Shown piece after piece: positions 19,413-29,181 of a stretch of DNA of 64,000 bases. The stretch spans positions 1-64,000 of the forward strand of contig CAWGIE010000023.1 in assembly GCA_963822585.1 (NCBI GenBank), written 5' to 3'. A model generated the notes under the pieces. The model was not told where the DNA came from, did not search any database, and saw only the letters and a program-made list of their open reading frames with translations. How positions within the stretch are numbered: the first letter of the stretch is position 1; each line of letters opens with the position of its first letter. This DNA comes from an uncultured bacterium. GTDB taxonomy: Bacteria > Auribacterota > Erginobacteria > Erginobacterales > Erginobacteraceae. Made by a program: the position numbers and the translations under genes.

Positions 19413-20498
19413 ATGAACAAACGCCGGCTGACAGTTTCCCTGATTATCCCGGCCTTTCTCGCGGCCGGCATCCTTTCTTCCCCTCTTTTCGGCCAGTCTC
19501 CCGCCCCTCCGCCGCCGGTCATCAAGCCGGTCGTCAACCGCGAGTACCTGCCGGTCGTGCTGGGGATGATCGAGGGCGCTCAAAAATCAATCGATTTCAT
19601 CCAGCTCGAGTTCCACTACGACCCCACCGTCAAAAAGATCCAGGATGCCCTGAAGGCGGCGGTCGCCCGGGGGGTCACGGTCCGGGGAATTCTGGAGGAC
19701 GCCGTCCGCTTCAACCCGAAAAGCAACACCTTCCTTAACCAGTTCGGGATCAAGTCGGTGCTGGACACCCCGAAAAAAGCGACTCACAGCAAGATCTTCA
19801 TCGTGGATGGGAAGAAGGTCCTGGTCGGTTCGACCAACCTCTCCGGGAACTCGATCGATAACAACAACGAGTCCAACGTCTATGTCGAGGACGCCCGCCT
19901 GGGCGCTTTTTTCACCGCCTACTTCGAGAAACTGCTCGCCGACAGCTTCGTCGAGCCGGAGATGGCGACCCTGGAGATCCCCGGGATCAGGACCGTCGTC
20001 AACCGGCAGCATTTCCCGGCCCTGCTGGGGATGCTGGAGGGCGCCCGGAAGCGTATCCAAGTCCTGATGTACGGCATGAAGTACTACACCGGGAAATACG
20101 CGGCCGACTCCAAGACCAACCGCCTGATCGATGCTCTTATCGACGCCCGGAAACGAGGCGTGGACGTGAAGGTCATCCTCGACCGGAGCAACTACAACAA
20201 GATTTTAAACCGGGTCAATGACGCCACCCGGGAATACCTGGAAAGGGGAGGGGTGGAGGTCCGGGAAGATCCGGAAGCGGTCACCACCCATGCCAAGGTC
20301 GTGATTGCCGACGACAGCGTGCTGATCGGATCGGCCAACTGGGGATACCTGGCCATGGACGTCCGGAACGAATCGAGCCTGCTCGTTACCGATCCGGCGA
20401 CGGTCTCGTTCTTCGAAGATTACTTCATGCGAATCTGGCGGGAAGGCGCCCCCGAACCCCGCGCCGCCGAACAGCCGGCATCGCAAATCGAGGACTGA
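19413..20498 (+). CDS. secreted phospholipase D-superfamily protein (two HKD domains)
   Basis: HSKIFIVD...GSTN and HAKVVIAD...GSAN; signal peptide from ATG 19413. Confidence 0.9.
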   Translation: MNKRRLTVSLIIPAFLAAGILSSPLFGQSPAPPPPVIKPVVNREYLPVVLGMIEGAQKSIDFIQLEFHYDPTVKKIQDALKAAVARGVTVRGILEDAVRFNPKSNTFLNQFGIKSVLDTPKKATHSKIFIVDGKKVLVGSTNLSGNSIDNNNESNVYVEDARLGAFFTAYFEKLLADSFVEPEMATLEIPGIRTVVNRQHFPALLGMLEGARKRIQVLMYGMKYYTGKYAADSKTNRLIDALIDARKRGVDVKVILDRSNYNKILNRVNDATREYLERGGVEVREDPEAVTTHAKVVIADDSVLIGSANWGYLAMDVRNESSLLVTDPATVSFFEDYFMRIWREGAPEPRAAEQPASQIED

Positions 20499-20691
20499 AA
20501 CGCACCCCTCGGCATGGCCTCAGGAAACCGGGATAGTGGAGCGGCGATACCGGGGAATACCCATGCCCTCTTTTCAGCTCCCCGTCTTCCGGCACTCCAC
20601 CACTCCATTATTCCAGTACTCCCTATCTCTCGGTTAACTCCCGCGGCGTTCCCCGCGGTTTCGCGGTTTTTACCGATGAGGGTTTATCGGG

Positions 20692-21144
20692 TTATTCTTT
20701 TTGGAAGAGCGGGAACTCCCGGAGCGCCTCTTCCCACTTTTCCGCGTCCCGGTTCGAAATCGCGAAGACCTTCTCTTCGCCGGCCATGGTGGTGACGCCG
20801 ATTATCTTCGCGTTCCGGTACTTCCGGGCCATGTGGTGGCGGCTGGCCCAGCTCCGTTCCCAGGTTATCCGGCCGATGCCGGCGAGGGGGATCTCTCCCT
20901 CGCCGCCGGCCAGGGCGGAGAGCGAACGGTAGACGATCCGGTCCTTGAGCAGAACCAGCACTCCGGGGACCCGGCTCGGCGGGGAGACAATGCCGCACCC
21001 CGTGAGAACCTGGACATCATCCCCGAACCGGCGCGCCATCTCTTCCTTCGCGGATTCTCCCGCTTTCTGGATACGGGATTTGACGTAGATCATGACCGCG
21101 GTCATGATCGCGAGCGCTCCCATTACCCAGAAATACCATTGCAT
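20692..21144 (-). CDS. hypothetical membrane-anchored protein
   Basis: ATG after AAGGAGGAG; N-terminal TM helix. Confidence 0.7.
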   Translation of the reverse strand: MQWYFWVMGALAIMTAVMIYVKSRIQKAGESAKEEMARRFGDDVQVLTGCGIVSPPSRVPGVLVLLKDRIVYRSLSALAGGEGEIPLAGIGRITWERSWASRHHMARKYRNAKIIGVTTMAGEEKVFAISNRDAEKWEEALREFPLFQKE

Positions 21145-21377
21145 GATCCAGCTCCTCCTTGTCCCTTCCAGAACTTAGCCCTCGCTTCACTCGGGCAATT
21201 AAAAAACTACGAATTTCGCGAAACTTGTCCTGAGCGTAGCCGAAGGATTACACGAATTTATTTTAAAAAATTCTCGCAATGTTGATTCAATACTTGCATA
21301 TTTTTATTTTTTCGGCCTCCCCCGCCCCACCCCGAAGCATTAATCGGGGAAGCATTAATCGGGGTAGAAAAAAAAGA

Positions 21378-21451
21378 TTATTGTCCCGATACATTATTCA
21401 AATATATAGATAATCGGGATCCCGATGGCTATCGGGGAAATCCCGAAACAG
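21378..21451 (+). repeat. 74-bp direct repeat, copy 2
   Basis: Near-identical to 19050-19123. Confidence 0.85.
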
Positions 21452-21587
21452 GAACTTAGCTTCGCGACTTATTAACCTCGAATCTCGCTAATCTTCGCTA
21501 ATCCGGAAGAAAAAACAATCCGCTCAATCCGTTCAATCCGCGGTTTATTGAAATTGCGCGGGGAACCAGGGCGCCGATCTTTCCCGG

Positions 21588-22610
21588 TCATTCCGCCGCC
21601 AGTTTGGCGCCGGTGAGCATATCGAGCGCTTCTCGGATAACATTCGAATCGGGCGAATGCGTAAGAATGGTAAACGCGATCAGAAGGTCTCCCACCCCGA
21701 TGCTCCCCTGATTTAAATATTTCCATTCCCCCGGCTTGGGCTTTTTATCCGTCAGGGAAAAGTAATACCCCTTTTTCCCGAGCGGCTGGAGCGTGAGCTT
21801 CTTCTCCTCAGCCTGTGCCAATGACGCCTCCCCGCTTCGTTGCACTATTTTTTTTATCGACGGCTCACTGTTGAACTCCGGATTCTTCCCCGGACTCCAG
21901 AGGGGAGTGACGAGCACCAAGAAATCTTTCTCCGCGCCCCCGGTAAAATGAAGCGTGGGGGGCGACTCCGGGGCGGCTTGGTCAACAATATCATTCCATG
22001 ATTCCGGAACCGGCACTACGAGGATGCCGTGGTTCGGGATCGAGTAGCGGCGGATGGTTTTCTCTCCGGTCAGGGAACTTTTTTCGACAATCCTCACCTG
22101 ATCCAGGATCTCTTTGAAAAGCGATTCATCCTCCGGCTCGAAAGGCGTTTTCGAAAGATGAATATCGATCCAGTAACCGTCTTTGCAGAGAAAGGCGTTG
22201 AGGTTTTTCTGGTTCAGTTCCACCCCCTCCACGCTCTTCACCATGTATTCCAGGATTGCCATCTCACCGGACTCCCGCATCGTGACTTCATCTTTCTTCC
22301 AGGGAGACTTTTTACCCTTTTCCCAGTAATAGGCCCGGCAGGCTTTCGCGTCGCCGGTTTCTTCCGCTTTCTCCAGGAAGCCGGACAGAACCATACCCGT
22401 GGCCCCGTTGTCGGCGAAAAACCGGGCGGAGGTGTGAACGTCCGTCATCTCCTTCTCGCTGACGGCGAAACCGGGCGCTCCCATCATCAGGACCCATTTT
22501 AATTGAGGCAACGTCAGCAAGATGCTTTCCGCGGACCGCTCTCCGGGAACCGCGGCAGACGAAAAGATACCGATTATGATCAACAAGGCGGCGGGAACAG
22601 TGATTCTCAT
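21588..22610 (-). CDS. hypothetical exported protein
   Basis: ATG after GGGAG; signal-peptide-like N-terminus; 340-aa ORF with natural composition. Confidence 0.75.
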   Translation of the reverse strand: MRITVPAALLIIIGIFSSAAVPGERSAESILLTLPQLKWVLMMGAPGFAVSEKEMTDVHTSARFFADNGATGMVLSGFLEKAEETGDAKACRAYYWEKGKKSPWKKDEVTMRESGEMAILEYMVKSVEGVELNQKNLNAFLCKDGYWIDIHLSKTPFEPEDESLFKEILDQVRIVEKSSLTGEKTIRRYSIPNHGILVVPVPESWNDIVDQAAPESPPTLHFTGGAEKDFLVLVTPLWSPGKNPEFNSEPSIKKIVQRSGEASLAQAEEKKLTLQPLGKKGYYFSLTDKKPKPGEWKYLNQGSIGVGDLLIAFTILTHSPDSNVIREALDMLTGAKLAAE

Positions 22611-22735
22611 GGCATATCTCCCTTCTTCAACGTGACGACCGGGTTATTCCGAGATCCCGTTCGACAAAGATCGGATACCCTGCCGGCCGCGCCCCGGTGC
22701 CGGCGGGAAATAAACTGTCCGGTAACCGCGTTCCC

Positions 22736-23134
22736 TCATGTGGTCTTCGGACATCCGCTATCCAGGACGATTTTATAATGTTTGGCGGCGCAGATCGGAC
22801 AGACGGTGTGCGAGAAATCGGCATTGGAGCGTTCCCCGACGTAATTCTCCATCGATACCCAGTCGCCGTCCACCCGGATTTTCTTGCAGAAGGAACAGAT
22901 CGGCAACAATCCTTCCAGAACTTTTATCCTGCCCAGTAGTATTCGAGTTGAAATAATCACACCTGCCGCCAGAACGGTTATCACCACCGTCTCCAGGATA
23001 CTTTCCATGATATTCACGGGAGTCTTCATTGATCCAAAAATCCGGCGGGGAAGGTCAAATACTTCATTCAACCATAAAAGCAAGATAACGGCGATAAAAC
23101 CGCTCATCTCACAAAAAAGTATCCGGTTGATCAA
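22736..23134 (-). CDS. small membrane protein with C-terminal Cys/His metal-binding domain of the type found on sensory proteins
   Basis: Two TM helices then LEGLLPICSFCKKIR...W..ME.Y...FSHTVCPIC; start may be upstream at ATA 23146. Confidence 0.8.
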   Translation of the reverse strand: MINRILFCEMSGFIAVILLLWLNEVFDLPRRIFGSMKTPVNIMESILETVVITVLAAGVIISTRILLGRIKVLEGLLPICSFCKKIRVDGDWVSMENYVGERSNADFSHTVCPICAAKHYKIVLDSGCPKTT

Positions 23135-23261
23135 TTTTATTTTTATAGTGGCCTCCTTTTACGGGGTTAACCACCAATAGTGATAGTACCGATTTTGCTC
23201 AAATGATCTATGTATGTCCGAGTAATGGCTCCTATCTTTTATGAAATCCCGAAGCAATACG

Positions 23262-23753
23262 TTAACCAAAGAGCGCCTCCTGTTCGCAGAAATACAGCCT
23301 CCCCAGCATCCCACCCATGACGATGAGAGCATAGAAGCTGACGACCAGGGAAAGAACCGACCACCCCAGGCTGCTCCAGCTGCTTGGGCCGCCGAGGTCG
23401 TTTAACCGGTAAGATTCGAACATGCCGGTGGTCACCGTCATCGCCAGATAGGAAACCGCGCACAATCCAAAAACCAGGAGATAGGGAAGGAATATCCGCT
23501 TGATCGCCTGAAAGATCGTCACCGGGTTGAGGGCGAAGAGCAAACTCCGGCTGATCGCACCCAAGAAAATAATCCACGGTCCCCGGCCCCGGAGAGGAGC
23601 TGCGAACGCCTTCAGGATATAGCCGGCCTTGTTCGCGGGCCGGGACTCCTGTTCGCGGATCTGGCGCGCCAGGGCCAGCAGGACTTTCCAATCCTGGGAC
23701 TTATCTTTCAGACCCGGATTCTTCGGTAAGATATTATTATCGGGCACCGTCAC
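23262..23753 (-). CDS. hypothetical membrane protein
   Basis: GTGA overlap with the upstream gene; hydrophobic C-terminal half. Confidence 0.6.
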   Translation of the reverse strand: MTVPDNNILPKNPGLKDKSQDWKVLLALARQIREQESRPANKAGYILKAFAAPLRGRGPWIIFLGAISRSLLFALNPVTIFQAIKRIFLPYLLVFGLCAVSYLAMTVTTGMFESYRLNDLGGPSSWSSLGWSVLSLVVSFYALIVMGGMLGRLYFCEQEALFG

Positions 23754-24211
23754 CCAATTCTCTCTTTCAACAATTGTCTGATCTCGGCCTGCTGGGACGG
23801 ATCGATAAACCGCTTGGGAAGAAACAAATACCTTCCCGGGCTGAGGTAGAGAAGAAACGTGTCCCTGGACTCCCTGAATTTGATGAACTGGTCCCAGTGA
23901 GTGACGACCGGATTGCCCTCGTCATCCTCGGCGTGAAAACCGGCCGCGTTCATACTGTAGGTCTTCTCACCCCGGTGAGCCGACGGGGTCTGCTGCCAGT
24001 TCCGCCGGAGATAGGTCCGCATGTAGATCGGGCGCAAAACGAGAGCATAGACAACGATCAGCCCCGGGACTAAATAGTCCCCGGTGATCAGGGCGAGAAC
24101 GACCGCCGCGATCACCAGCAGAGATACGATGGCCAGTGTGCGCCGGAGCGCGTGGCAGCGGCGCGCCCGTAGATAATCCTTGAGGCCGGGTTGTCCGGTA
24201 ATGGTTATCAT
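23750..24211 (-). CDS. YcxB-family protein
   Basis: Two TM helices and C-terminal W..F.K..ES...FLLY......FLPKRF signature. Confidence 0.8.
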   Translation of the reverse strand: MITITGQPGLKDYLRARRCHALRRTLAIVSLLVIAAVVLALITGDYLVPGLIVVYALVLRPIYMRTYLRRNWQQTPSAHRGEKTYSMNAAGFHAEDDEGNPVVTHWDQFIKFRESRDTFLLYLSPGRYLFLPKRFIDPSQQAEIRQLLKERIG

Positions 24212-24257
24212 TCCTTACCCTCCTCCGAGGGGTTGACCCTTTGGTTCATTTTCGGAA

Positions 24258-24641
24258 TTATCCGGTTTGGGGGGAATCCGTCCATAAATTCCGCGCGCAG
24301 ATGATAAGCACGCCGATGGCGGCGAAGACCTGAAGACCGATTACAATCAGGAGACCGGCGACGGCATAGAGCCAGGCCGTTTTATATATCCTGTAATTCT
24401 GCCAGGCCCAGAACACGGGCAATACGGACATCGCGATAAAAAGCAGGTATACCATCCAGGTGGACGTTTCCAAGGTATCCATCTGGGCCACCGTCAATGA
24501 ATGAGTATGCAGCACGTCCATCATGTCGGTCAGCATCTCTTCTTTAAAAATCCCCTGAATGACGGCGGCGACAATGGTGATCCCGGCAAGAATCAAGGTG
24601 ACGGGGGTGACGACAATTTTTGATCTGCGGTTCTTTTTCAT
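24258..24641 (-). CDS. hypothetical membrane protein
   Basis: Three hydrophobic segments; co-oriented with neighbours. Confidence 0.65.
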   Translation of the reverse strand: MKKNRRSKIVVTPVTLILAGITIVAAVIQGIFKEEMLTDMMDVLHTHSLTVAQMDTLETSTWMVYLLFIAMSVLPVFWAWQNYRIYKTAWLYAVAGLLIVIGLQVFAAIGVLIICARNLWTDSPQTG

Positions 24642-24850
24642 TTTGTGCTGGAAAACGGTCTATTCGTAGCGAGCACGTTTACTTGACTTCAGGCGAAGCC
24701 CCGATGAATCGGGATCTTCGCTTCGCTCCGGCAAACTCCGCCGCTCCAGTTTGCTTCTTCATTTTACCGCGCGCAAAACCGTTATCAAGATATTTCCCCG
24801 GAGAATATCCCCACCCTTGCATTTTAAACCTCTATTGATTACCATACCCG

Positions 24851-26389
24851 ATGAATAAAGACCGTGAGGCGAATATCGTGAGAATTGCCGCGCCTTTCTT
24901 TGTGGTTATGCTTCTCTGCCTTGCCGCCTGCGGGGACGGCGGCGGCCCTACCGATGTCCCGGCGCTTACCCGTCCGGAGATCGTGCCGGGGGCGGTGGTG
25001 CGGCTGAGCCAGGAGGACGAAACCGGCTACAAGAGGGTCCGGGAAGGGGAAGCGGGCCCCGGGATTCTCCTCACCTTTCCCCCGGTGGAATACGCGGCGA
25101 TACCGGAAAGGGCTCTGCGCCTGGCCGGGCGGGTAGAGCCCGGGGTGGAGGTACTGATCGACGGCGATCCGGCCGCTGTCCACCCCGGCGGCTCTTTTGT
25201 CGCCCTCCTCCCGCTCTCCCCGGGAGAGAACACGATCACCCTCACCGCCCGCTCCCCGCGCGGGGAGACCATCTATCCCCTGACGATCCGGCGGGAAAAA
25301 CCCGTGACCGGGACGAACGCTTTCAGCCCCTTCAAGCGGACCCGGACCGGGACGGTTACCGCTCCCCGGACCCCTCTCCATCTCCGGCCGGGGGGGACCC
25401 GGCTCCTCACTCTTCCGGAAGGCGCGGTCCTCACCGTCACCGGCCAATCGGGCGGATACCTCCGGACCGACCTGGGCGGCGGCCTTTCCGGATGGATCGA
25501 GGCGGAAGCCGTCGCGCTGGGAGGCGACGCCCCCGATGAGCCCTACCGGGCGGGCAACGTGGAATTCGATCCCGCCCGCTCCCGGGCCCGGTTTACCCTG
25601 GAGACCGCCGTTCCGGCACGGGTGGAGTACCTCTCCCCGTCCGCCGCGGACGTGATCTTCTACAACACGGTGGTCGATACCCGCTCCATCAACCTCGGCG
25701 ACTGGGAGGGGACCTGTACCTGGTCCCAGGAGGCCGACGGTCGGGCCGTCTTCCATCTCCGGGGCGCCCCGGAGTGGTGCCGCTGGTCTCTCGACTGGGA
25801 CGAAGGGGGCTACCTGCTCTCCTGGAAAGGACACCCGGGCCGCGGAAAGAAAACCGTGATCTGCCTCGACCCGGGCCATGGGGGGAAGAACCGGGGAGCG
25901 GTCAGCCCGGGCGGGATCGCGGAGAAAGAGGCCAACCTCTTCCTGGCCCGGATGGTCGCCGAAAAACTGCGGCGGAGAGGACTTGCGGTCTTCCTGACCC
26001 GGGAAGAGGACAGCACGGTCGGACTCTATGAGCGGACCGATATCGCCCGGTCAAAAAACGCCGATCTCCTCCTCTCCCTCCATTACAACTCGGTTGATAC
26101 CGACCGCGATCCCCGGGCCGCCACCGGATGCACCGTCCTTTACTACCGACCTCCCGCCCGGGAGCTGGCCGGCGACCTCTACCGTTCCCTGAAAAAGATC
26201 GGGCTGTCGGGCCGGGGCGTCCGCTGGCGGAGCCTGGCCGTGATTCGGCCCGGCGACCTGGTGGCGGCCCTGGTCGAGGTCGCTTACCTCTCCAACCCGG
26301 ATGACGAGGCACTGGTGATGGACCCCGCCTTCCGGGAGAAGACCGCCGAGGCGATTGCCGACGGTGTGATCGAATACCTGGGAGAATAA
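24851..26389 (+). CDS. N-acetylmuramoyl-L-alanine amidase (Amidase_3), probable lipoprotein
   Basis: LDPGHGG, EKEANL, LTRE, SLHYN and LVEVAYLSN motifs; LAAC lipobox; Ig-like and SH3-like N-terminal regions. Confidence 0.92.
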   Translation: MNKDREANIVRIAAPFFVVMLLCLAACGDGGGPTDVPALTRPEIVPGAVVRLSQEDETGYKRVREGEAGPGILLTFPPVEYAAIPERALRLAGRVEPGVEVLIDGDPAAVHPGGSFVALLPLSPGENTITLTARSPRGETIYPLTIRREKPVTGTNAFSPFKRTRTGTVTAPRTPLHLRPGGTRLLTLPEGAVLTVTGQSGGYLRTDLGGGLSGWIEAEAVALGGDAPDEPYRAGNVEFDPARSRARFTLETAVPARVEYLSPSAADVIFYNTVVDTRSINLGDWEGTCTWSQEADGRAVFHLRGAPEWCRWSLDWDEGGYLLSWKGHPGRGKKTVICLDPGHGGKNRGAVSPGGIAEKEANLFLARMVAEKLRRRGLAVFLTREEDSTVGLYERTDIARSKNADLLLSLHYNSVDTDRDPRAATGCTVLYYRPPARELAGDLYRSLKKIGLSGRGVRWRSLAVIRPGDLVAALVEVAYLSNPDDEALVMDPAFREKTAEAIADGVIEYLGE

Positions 26390-26448
26390 ATCAGCGCCGC
26401 CTTCGCTACCTTGCTGCTTCGGAATTTCAATAAATTGAAATTCCGGGG

Positions 26449-26561
26449 TATCGTTGATCGGTTGCGCGGCTCGAAACGTTGAACGGGGTACGGTTACGTG
26501 CAGTTGATCCCCGTAACCGTTCCACGCAACCGATTCGAGTTGCTTAACCGCAATCTTTTAA
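26449..26561. repeat. 113-bp structured dispersed repeat, copy 1
   Basis: Colinear with 34302-34414; nested inverted repeats. Confidence 0.85.
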
Positions 26562-26721
26562 TCCGAACGTTGCCCGAGCGAAGCGAGGGTTACGTTCCAG
26601 TGTCCCATGTGCGTCGTTGACATGAAATTATTTCCGCCTTATTATCTATCAACCTGAATAGTGCGTATCCCCAGATCGGCGCGAAGCGCCGATTCACTAT
26701 TTTTTTCGAAGAAAAAATATA

Positions 26722-27705
26722 ATGAAACTAATCGTCCAGATCCCCTGCCTCAACGAGGAAGAGACGGTCGGCCGAACCATCCGGGACATCCCCCGGGAGA
26801 TCACCGGGGTGGACCGGGTGGAAGTCCTGGTCATCGATGACGGCTCTACCGACCGGACCCTGGCGGCGGCGAAGGAGGCGGGCGCCAACCACGTCATCAG
26901 CTTCACCAACCGCAAGGGGCTGGCCCGCGCCTTCAGCGCCGGCATCGACACCGCTCTCAAGCTGGGGGCGGACATTATCGTCAACACCGACGCCGACAAC
27001 CAGTACATGGGGGCCGATATCCCCCTGCTGATCGAGCCGATCCTCAAGGGCGATGCCGACATGGTTGTCGGCGACCGCGAGGTGGAGACGCTCGAGCACT
27101 TCTCCCCGATCAAAAAACACCTCCAGAAAATCGGGAGCTGGGTGGTGAGAAAACTCTCCAACACCACCGTCCCCGACGCGGCCAGCGGGTTCCGGGCCTA
27201 TAACCGGGAAGCGGCCCTCAATATCAACGTCGTCTCCGATTTTTCCTACACCCTGGAAACCCTGATCCAGGCCGGGACCGGGAGGATCGCGGTCGGCCAC
27301 GTGGCCGTCCGGACCAACCCCCAGACCCGCCCTTCCCGGCTCTTTGACAGCACATACGGCTACCTCAAGCGGTCGGTGGCGACACTGATCCGCATCTACA
27401 CGATGTACGAGCCGCTCAAGGTTTTCTCCATCATCGGGGGCATCGGAATCTTCGGCGGCCTGGTCCTTTCGATCCGGTTCCTTTACTTTATGATCTTCTT
27501 TGCAGAAGGGAAGGGACACGTCCAGTCGCTGATCTTCGCCGCCGTCCTCTTCATCGTCGGTTTCCAGATCCTGGTGATCGGGCTGCTGGCCGACACCATC
27601 GCCTCCAACCGGAAGCTGACCGAGAACGTCCTCTACCGGGTCAAGAAACTGGAAGTCCGTGCCAGGGACGAGCAAAAAACGCCTTCACCCCGTCATAACG
27701 TTTAA
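26722..27705 (+). CDS. glycosyltransferase family 2 (DPM1-like, with C-terminal TM helices)
   Basis: IPCLNEE, IDDGSTD, TDADNQY and DAASGFRA motifs. Confidence 0.93.
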   Translation: MKLIVQIPCLNEEETVGRTIRDIPREITGVDRVEVLVIDDGSTDRTLAAAKEAGANHVISFTNRKGLARAFSAGIDTALKLGADIIVNTDADNQYMGADIPLLIEPILKGDADMVVGDREVETLEHFSPIKKHLQKIGSWVVRKLSNTTVPDAASGFRAYNREAALNINVVSDFSYTLETLIQAGTGRIAVGHVAVRTNPQTRPSRLFDSTYGYLKRSVATLIRIYTMYEPLKVFSIIGGIGIFGGLVLSIRFLYFMIFFAEGKGHVQSLIFAAVLFIVGFQILVIGLLADTIASNRKLTENVLYRVKKLEVRARDEQKTPSPRHNV

Positions 27706-27799
27706 AAGTGTCGACCGCAGCGTGGTCTCCATCACTCCATCATTCCATCACTCCATCACCGATGATTCCCCGTCTTTGCATCTTCTTAAAACAGGTTTA

Positions 27800-27943
27800 A
27801 ACCACGAAGAACACGAAGAACACGAAGGAAAATATAAATAAAAGGCTCTCTTACATTTTGTATGGGTAATAGGTATATCTTTTCATTACTCACTCTCTCC
27901 AGCATCCCAACAATCCTTCTCTTTTCTTCGTGTCCTTCGTGGT
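27800..27943. repeat. 9-mer-periodic inverted repeat pair
   Basis: AACCACGAAGAACACGAAGAACACGAAGG ... TTCTTCGTGTCCTTCGTGGT. Confidence 0.8.
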
Positions 27944-27956
27944 AACATAATCTTCT

Positions 27957-29054
27957 ATGACTGACGGGAAGCTTAAACTCGCCTACGTGGTGAAGTACTA
28001 CCGGCCGATGCCGCGTATCTCCGGGATACTCCGTTTCGCGATCGACCTGGTCGAGCGGCTGGAGTCCGACTTCACCGTTCGGGTCTTCACCTCCCGGTAC
28101 TCCCCCGCGGTTCCCGAGTACGAGAAATACCGAAACCACGAGATCAGCCGGATCGAGGGACCGTTCCCCTTCCGGGCCGGGAAAGCCGTCCGGCTCTGGA
28201 AACCCGACCTCGTCATCTTCGGTTCCGGTTTCTGGCGGTCCTATTACCTTCTCCCCTACTGGGAACTTTTCCGGTGGGGCCTGAGAGGCTGCCGGGCGCC
28301 CGTCATCCTCACTCAGTACACCAACATGACCGCGACGCTTTTCGGTCTGATCCGCTTTCTCGCCCCCCGTCCGGAAGCCGTTGTCGCCACCACCGAGCCG
28401 CTTAAAAAACTCTGGGACCGCTTCTACCCGGGACGGGTCACCTACATCCCCCCCGGAATGCCGGTCGGGACGGGAGAAGAAAAGGTCCCGCCGCCGGAAG
28501 TCCCTCCCTCGGCCTTCCGGATCGGGTACTTCGGCCACCTACAGCCCCACAAGGGGCCTGATCGGCTCCTCCGGATCTTCCAGGAGCTGAACCCGCCCGA
28601 CGCCGACCTCCTGATCAACGGGACAGGGGAGATGGCGGACCAACTCCGGGAGGCGGCCCGGGGATGGAAGAACATCACCTTTCAGGGCTACGCCGCCGAG
28701 ATCGATCCCTGGCTCTATTCCTGCCGGCTCCTGGTCCTCCCCTACCGGTCGAGTGTCTCGGTCCTGGGATATTCGCGGGCGGCCCTGGACGCCCTGGCGG
28801 CGGGGATCCCGGTGATCGGCACCCCCAGCCCGGCCCTGGAACCTTTGATCGAAGAGGGGGTGAACGGCTTCATCTGCCGGGATGACGGCGAATTGAAACG
28901 CCGGATCGCGCAGGTCCTCGCCGACCCGGCTCTGTGGGAAAAGCTTTCCGGGGGGGCCCGCCGCAGCGCCGGAAAATACGACATCGCCAAAATCTCCGAG
29001 CGCTATGTTCAACTAATCCGCACGGTTACGTCAGCCGCGGCGGGTTCCAAATAA
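27957..29054 (+). CDS. glycosyltransferase family 4
   Basis: GYFGHLQPHKG, LVLPY and DALAAGIPVI...EGVNGF motifs. Confidence 0.9.
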   Translation: MTDGKLKLAYVVKYYRPMPRISGILRFAIDLVERLESDFTVRVFTSRYSPAVPEYEKYRNHEISRIEGPFPFRAGKAVRLWKPDLVIFGSGFWRSYYLLPYWELFRWGLRGCRAPVILTQYTNMTATLFGLIRFLAPRPEAVVATTEPLKKLWDRFYPGRVTYIPPGMPVGTGEEKVPPPEVPPSAFRIGYFGHLQPHKGPDRLLRIFQELNPPDADLLINGTGEMADQLREAARGWKNITFQGYAAEIDPWLYSCRLLVLPYRSSVSVLGYSRAALDALAAGIPVIGTPSPALEPLIEEGVNGFICRDDGELKRRIAQVLADPALWEKLSGGARRSAGKYDIAKISERYVQLIRTVTSAAAGSK

Positions 29055-29181
29055 TGAAGATGAATACATGCCGGGACGGAATCAACTGGTGGTTCTCTTT
29101 TTGCCTGTGGTCATTGTTTAAAAATAACCGGATTCATAAAATGAATCCGGTTAAACTATTTTTTCCGAAGGAAAAAATATA

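Noticed and set aside
20692..24641. Integron cassette array (run of small co-oriented hypothetical genes)
   Set aside because: No recurring attC-like structures between the genes and no integrase in the window.
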